Positions 60,306 through 64,000 of a stretch of 64,000 nucleotides of DNA are shown here, one piece after another. The position numbers and the translations under genes were made by a program. The notes beneath the pieces were generated by a model that was not told the DNA's origin, ran no database searches, and worked only from the letters and a program-made list of their open reading frames with translations. The stretch covers positions 1,981 through 65,980 of the forward strand of contig CBCOZL010000018.1 in the NCBI GenBank assembly GCA_965114645.1, given 5' to 3'. Each line of letters starts with the position of its first letter. The first letter of the stretch is position 1. Source of the DNA: an uncultured Lachnospiraceae bacterium. GTDB lineage: Bacteria > Bacillota > Clostridia > Lachnospirales > Lachnospiraceae.

Positions 60306-60902
60306 ATGCACATTAAGAAATTTTATCCGAAAGATGAAAGATTCTTCAAGGTACTTGCAACTGCAGGAAATATCAGAAGCATAGATGCGCATAAAATTGA
60401 TATTTCTGATACACGGCTTAAAAATATGATGAAAGACAATCTGATAAAGGAAGTTAGCTATGTGAATCCAAAACACAAAGAAGTGGAAAGCTGTAAAAGT
60501 TACTGTTTTACCGATAAGGGTAAAAAGTTCATAAATCAGAAATATGGAATAGACAGGACTCAATCGCCTGCTGCAATCAAGCATAACTGCAAGGTAGCTG
60601 AAACAATCTGTTCTCTGCAAAAGAGGGAAATTGATTCCATCAAGCCTGAATGGGAAGTAAGGGATCAAATGAAAGAGTCAATTGAAAACTTCAGAGATCA
60701 GGGAGAAATAGACAGATATGATGAATATATGGAGATGTTGAGAGAGCAGCAGTTATCCGCAATAGATTTTACATACATAAATATGCAAGGAATAGAATGC
60801 GGAATTGAAGTTACGACAAACAGTTATTCAGACGGTGACATAGCAGGAAAAGAACTCTGTTCAGAAATAATTAATGTGCCTGTGAGCTATGTCAGTGCAT
60901 AA
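60306..60902 (+). CDS. Replication-relaxation-like protein (winged helix + PD-(D/E)XK-type nuclease)
   Basis: YCFTDKGKKFI wing, AIKHNCKVAE His motif, AIDFTY...GIEVT...K nuclease-like motif; RBS AAAGGGGTG. Confidence 0.6.
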   Translation: MHIKKFYPKDERFFKVLATAGNIRSIDAHKIDISDTRLKNMMKDNLIKEVSYVNPKHKEVESCKSYCFTDKGKKFINQKYGIDRTQSPAAIKHNCKVAETICSLQKREIDSIKPEWEVRDQMKESIENFRDQGEIDRYDEYMEMLREQQLSAIDFTYINMQGIECGIEVTTNSYSDGDIAGKELCSEIINVPVSYVSA

Positions 60903-60929
60903 AAAATACTCCCATCATATGATGGGAGT
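60903..60929 (-). terminator. Terminator (perfect 22-bp palindrome plus U-tract)
   Basis: ACTCCCATCATATGATGGGAGT followed by ATTTTTT on the minus strand. Confidence 0.85.
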
Positions 60930-61010
60930 TTCCAATGAGTCGCCAAACTCATTATAACTGATAAATAAATCCGAATGACCGCCAAGCCATTCATAACTGT
61001 ACCTTTGTTT
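60903..61010 (-). ncRNA. Candidate small RNA with two covarying hairpin repeats, downstream of the PemK/MazF gene
   Basis: Own promoter (61017-61046), two 30-nt CAGUUAU-stem-UUGGCG-stem-GGA repeats (39-nt period), terminator at 60903-60929; no ORF. Confidence 0.7.
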
Positions 61011-61016
61011 ACAACA

Positions 61017-61046
61017 AGTGTACCACTTTAATATATGCAATGTCAA
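61017..61046 (-). promoter_or_regulatory. Sigma-A promoter for the candidate sRNA
   Basis: TTGACA-N18-TACACT with TGn extension, starting a few nt after the toxin stop codon. Confidence 0.7.
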
Positions 61047-61051
61047 ATGTT

Positions 61052-61600
61052 TTATGCTTTGTCCTTCAGTTGTTTTTTCAAGTAGTCAATTTTGCCACTT
61101 AAAGAACTGATAATGTTGTCTTTTTTCTTTACAATATAGGACAAACCTAAAATATTCAGCAATTTTGTATCCAGTTCTGGTATTTCGGCAGATAGTTTAC
61201 ATATTTTTGCAGAAATAATCCGTTCTTTTCCGATGGTTTTAATCTGTCCTAAATCTATTGTTCCTGAAAGGGTTGCAGGCTTTCCGTTAGGATCAGTGTA
61301 AGAATAGATGCCAGTAATAGGAATTTGGATGTCAGGTATTGTTGCAGGACTTGTGGATATAATGGCACAAGTGAATACTGGAGAGGAAATATTATATGAA
61401 TTGGACTGTATGACAACGACAGGGCGTATTTTGTTTTCTTCGCTCCCAACATTCTCTCCCAAATCAACAAAAAATACTTCGCCTCTTTTGACAGTCCAAC
61501 TTCGCTGATGCCGTTTTCCGACATAATAATATAGTTTTTTAGAATCCCATGAATTGATCCGCTGTGCTTTGCCTAATAATTGTTTTTCTTCGTTTGTCAA
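61052..61600 (-). CDS. PemK/MazF-family endoribonuclease with N- and C-terminal extensions, no protein antitoxin
   Basis: KRGEVFFVDLGENVGSEENKIRPVVVIQ and LGQIKTIGKERI motifs; TTG start after GGAGG. Confidence 0.9.
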   Translation of the reverse strand: MTNEEKQLLGKAQRINSWDSKKLYYYVGKRHQRSWTVKRGEVFFVDLGENVGSEENKIRPVVVIQSNSYNISSPVFTCAIISTSPATIPDIQIPITGIYSYTDPNGKPATLSGTIDLGQIKTIGKERIISAKICKLSAEIPELDTKLLNILGLSYIVKKKDNIISSLSGKIDYLKKQLKDKA

Positions 61601-61621
61601 ATTACACCTCCGTTTTTACGC

Positions 61622-61650
61622 ATTATAGCATATGGGGAACAATTTGTCAC
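61622..61650 (-). promoter_or_regulatory. Sigma-A promoter of the PemK/MazF gene
   Basis: GTGACA-N17-TATAAT with TGn extension, directly upstream of the RBS. Confidence 0.78.
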
Positions 61651-61715
61651 TTATTGAATTTTTTGTGGATGAAAGTCGGCATATTCGATTAAACACGAAA
61701 AACCCTTAATTTTCT

Positions 61716-61727
61716 GGGGGGGGGGGG
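61716..61727 (+). repeat. G12 homopolymer upstream of the adhesin gene
   Basis: Twelve consecutive G in otherwise AT-rich intergenic DNA. Confidence 0.9.
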
Positions 61728-61808
61728 TACCGCTAATTTGATATTGGCAAATATGTATTGCAGAAAATTTTTACTCGTTTTTTGGCAGTATATAGGAAAA
61801 TAGAAAAA

Positions 61809-64000
61809 ATGAATAAGAAAATTTTATCTGTTTTACTTTGTGGTTCTTTACTGTTTGGAACAGTTTTTGCGAATGCTGTTTCTATAAATTTTGAAGAATT
61901 GGAAACAGATAATGTTTCTATCACATATGAAGAACTTCAAGCAGAAGAAGTTATAACAGAAGAATCTGTTAGACAAGATATTGTTTCCCCTTTGGCAACT
62001 GAAATAGAAGAAATGGCGATTGAACCAGATTCATATATACAAACTTATGTGTCTACTCCCTTTGACATTGAATTAGCTGCTAATTCGGAAGGGTATGGTT
62101 CAGTATCACTTGATTGGAGCGATTATGATTATAAAGATAAAAATTTTAAAGTATACAAATCTGATGATGGTGGAATTACTTATGAAACAATTGGAATAGA
62201 TTATACTTTGGTTGATGAAGTAAAATGTTTACAAATTTATCCTATATCCAATGCATCAAATCAGCTTAAAACTTGGATGGAATCAAATGGATATGGAAAA
62301 GGAATTATAAAAATTGATTCAGTTTATATAGATACTTTTAATGCAAATCCTGATGCATATTTAAAGGATTCAAATGGTAACTATAAGTATGATGTAATTT
62401 TCTTTGGAACTTGGGATGCTAATAATCAAAAAGATTTAACTGTTTTATCTGTTCAAGCAACTGCAAATTACATAAAATCAGGAAGAGGATGTATATTTGG
62501 ACACGATACAATATTATATACTAATGGATATAACGGAAAAGATTTACCAAATTTTAGATCTCTTGCTCCATATGTAAATATAACTTTCAATGATTGTTGG
62601 TGGCAACAAAAAATAGTAAATACAACTACTAAAGTAAAAATTGTTAAAATGGGTCTGTTTACGAATTATCCGTGGAATATTGGAGGAATGGGAACTATTT
62701 TAACTATACCTGCTGCACATAATGTAGGACAAACTGCAAATGGTAAAGTTTGGTTAACTTTTGTAAATACAACACTAAATCCAGGTGGAGATATAAATAA
62801 TTTTTATATGACAACTTATAATAACGGCGCTCAAATTATGACAGGACATTCTTCAGGCCAAGCAACAACTGATGAACAAAAAATTCTTGCTAATCTAATT
62901 TTTTACTGCAATCAGTTAATTTTTGATACCTACCATTCAAAAGACAGTTCTGCTCAAGACTTTGCTAATCCAAATGCTCCTGAATTAAATGTATTAGGTT
63001 CTAATTTTACTTGGTCTGCAACTGACAACGGTTCTGTTTATCATTATTATGTAGAAAGTTTTGATAAAAATGATACAACTGAAACAGGGTTACTTGATAG
63101 ATCGGTAACGAAGAGCTTAACTGTTACAACAGGAATAAGAAAATATCGTTATATCTTAGACAATAGTGCAAGTACAACTGTCACTCTCTCTAATGGAACA
63201 GAAACAACTGCTACAAGTATTCCTGAAAACAGAAGTTATAATTATCTCCATGTGGCAGCGATTGATGGTGCAGGCAATTTAGGACCTACAGCAACAGTGG
63301 AAATCCCTAAAATCGCAAATGTAACGGTAAATCACTACAAAATGAATTTAGATGGAAGTACTTATACATTAGCGGAAACTGCTACTGAAACAGGAACAAT
63401 CGGAAGCAATGCAACACCTTCAGTAAAGACTTATACAGGTTTTACATCTCCCGAAGTACAGACAAAAACTATTGTTTCAGGTGGAATTACTATTGATTAT
63501 TATTATACAAGAAATAAGTATGCAGTTACTTATATAGATAAAACTCCAGATGGCAAGGAAATAGGAAGGACTACTAAACAGGTATTTTATGATGTTGATG
63601 TAAGAGGATCGGATATTGGAAAATCTGCATCCGACAATGCTTATTATCCGCAATACAGATATGTGAGTGATACAACTGCAAAGGTGACAACAAGCGGTGC
63701 AACTGTATTCAGAGAATTTGAATTCTGTGAAACAGAAAAAGATTCACATCTTACTTGGAATGATAACAATAATGCAGATAAGCTAAGACCTGAAAAGTAT
63801 ACACTAAAGCTAAAACAGAATGGGGTTGTTATAGACGAAGTAGAATTACCATCCGATCAAACAGATTACACTTTTGATCATTTACCAAAATATGATGAAA
63901 ACGGAAATCCTTATCAATATGAAATTGAAACGATTGTTTCTGATAGATATAAAGCAGAATATGGAGAAGATGGGAGTTTAATCTTCCAAGACTATAAACC
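61809..64000 (+). CDS. Large secreted surface protein/adhesin (DUF5057-like domain, MucBP-like and Cna-B-like modules), 3'-truncated by the window edge
   Basis: Not in the ORF track because it has no stop in the window. Hand translation is open from ATG 61809 to the end: signal peptide MNKKILSVLLCGSLLFGTVFANA; LKTWME..GYGKG...YKYDVIFFGTWD...GRG.IFGHDT; VTVNHYKMNLDG...YTGF...YYYTRN; WNDNNNADKLRPE...LPKYDENG..YQY. Confidence 0.88.
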   Translation, partial: MNKKILSVLLCGSLLFGTVFANAVSINFEELETDNVSITYEELQAEEVITEESVRQDIVSPLATEIEEMAIEPDSYIQTYVSTPFDIELAANSEGYGSVSLDWSDYDYKDKNFKVYKSDDGGITYETIGIDYTLVDEVKCLQIYPISNASNQLKTWMESNGYGKGIIKIDSVYIDTFNANPDAYLKDSNGNYKYDVIFFGTWDANNQKDLTVLSVQATANYIKSGRGCIFGHDTILYTNGYNGKDLPNFRSLAPYVNITFNDCWWQQKIVNTTTKVKIVKMGLFTNYPWNIGGMGTILTIPAAHNVGQTANGKVWLTFVNTTLNPGGDINNFYMTTYNNGAQIMTGHSSGQATTDEQKILANLIFYCNQLIFDTYHSKDSSAQDFANPNAPELNVLGSNFTWSATDNGSVYHYYVESFDKNDTTETGLLDRSVTKSLTVTTGIRKYRYILDNSASTTVTLSNGTETTATSIPENRSYNYLHVAAIDGAGNLGPTATVEIPKIANVTVNHYKMNLDGSTYTLAETATETGTIGSNATPSVKTYTGFTSPEVQTKTIVSGGITIDYYYTRNKYAVTYIDKTPDGKEIGRTTKQVFYDVDVRGSDIGKSASDNAYYPQYRYVSDTTAKVTTSGATVFREFEFCETEKDSHLTWNDNNNADKLRPEKYTLKLKQNGVVIDEVELPSDQTDYTFDHLPKYDENGNPYQYEIETIVSDRYKAEYGEDGSLIFQDYK

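Larger units (their letters stand above)
58090..64000. mobile_element. AT-rich genomic island (ICE/IME-like) integrated at the 3' end of rlmD/rumA; continues beyond the window
   Basis: Abrupt switch to AT-rich sequence right after the conserved rlmD end; rumA is a known integration target in Bacillota; relaxase-like, toxin-like and adhesin cargo. No integrase in the window. Confidence 0.82.

Noticed and set aside
61733-61924. 63-aa minus-strand ORF upstream of the PemK/MazF gene as a possible type II antitoxin
   Set aside because: It is the antisense shadow of the adhesin signal-peptide region, has no AbrB/RHH-like character or clear RBS, and the toxin has its own promoter between the two.

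Overview
Chromosomal segment of an anaerobic Bacillota bacterium; gene content and signals look Lachnospiraceae-like (inference). Positions 1-58.1 kb are GC-rich backbone: a large transglutaminase-domain surface protein and a smaller paralog, rubrerythrin, panT-coaX-coaBC, MATE, ispF, an inverted sigH, tRNA-Thr(GGT), an oligosaccharide ABC/AraC/GH3 locus, an Rpn (PD-(D/E)XK) gene, cysE-cysS-mrnC-rlmB, an SGNH hydrolase, PBP1A, yigZ, mgtE, typA, ssb, lysine riboswitch-dapA-dapB, fbp, hisA, csp, a hybrid kinase with a nearby Hpt, tRNA-Gly(CCC), MCP, SPFH, pcrA and rlmD. From about 58.09 kb to the window end is an AT-rich island integrated in the 3' end of rlmD. It carries a replication-relaxation-like nuclease, a solitary PemK/MazF-fold gene and a large adhesin that runs off the window. 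Best novelty candidate: the PemK/MazF gene has no protein antitoxin but is followed by a separately promoted ~110-nt RNA made of two covarying hairpin repeats and a terminator, suggesting an RNA-antitoxin system with the RNA downstream of the toxin. Other notable signals: an in-frame internal RBS+ATG in the Rpn gene, a C11 tract in the first codons of the AraC regulator, a G12 tract upstream of the island adhesin, and a shared [VI]S[GDE]N linker motif in unrelated exported proteins. No CRISPR array, cas genes or rRNA were seen. All family assignments come from motif recognition by eye; no database searches were run.
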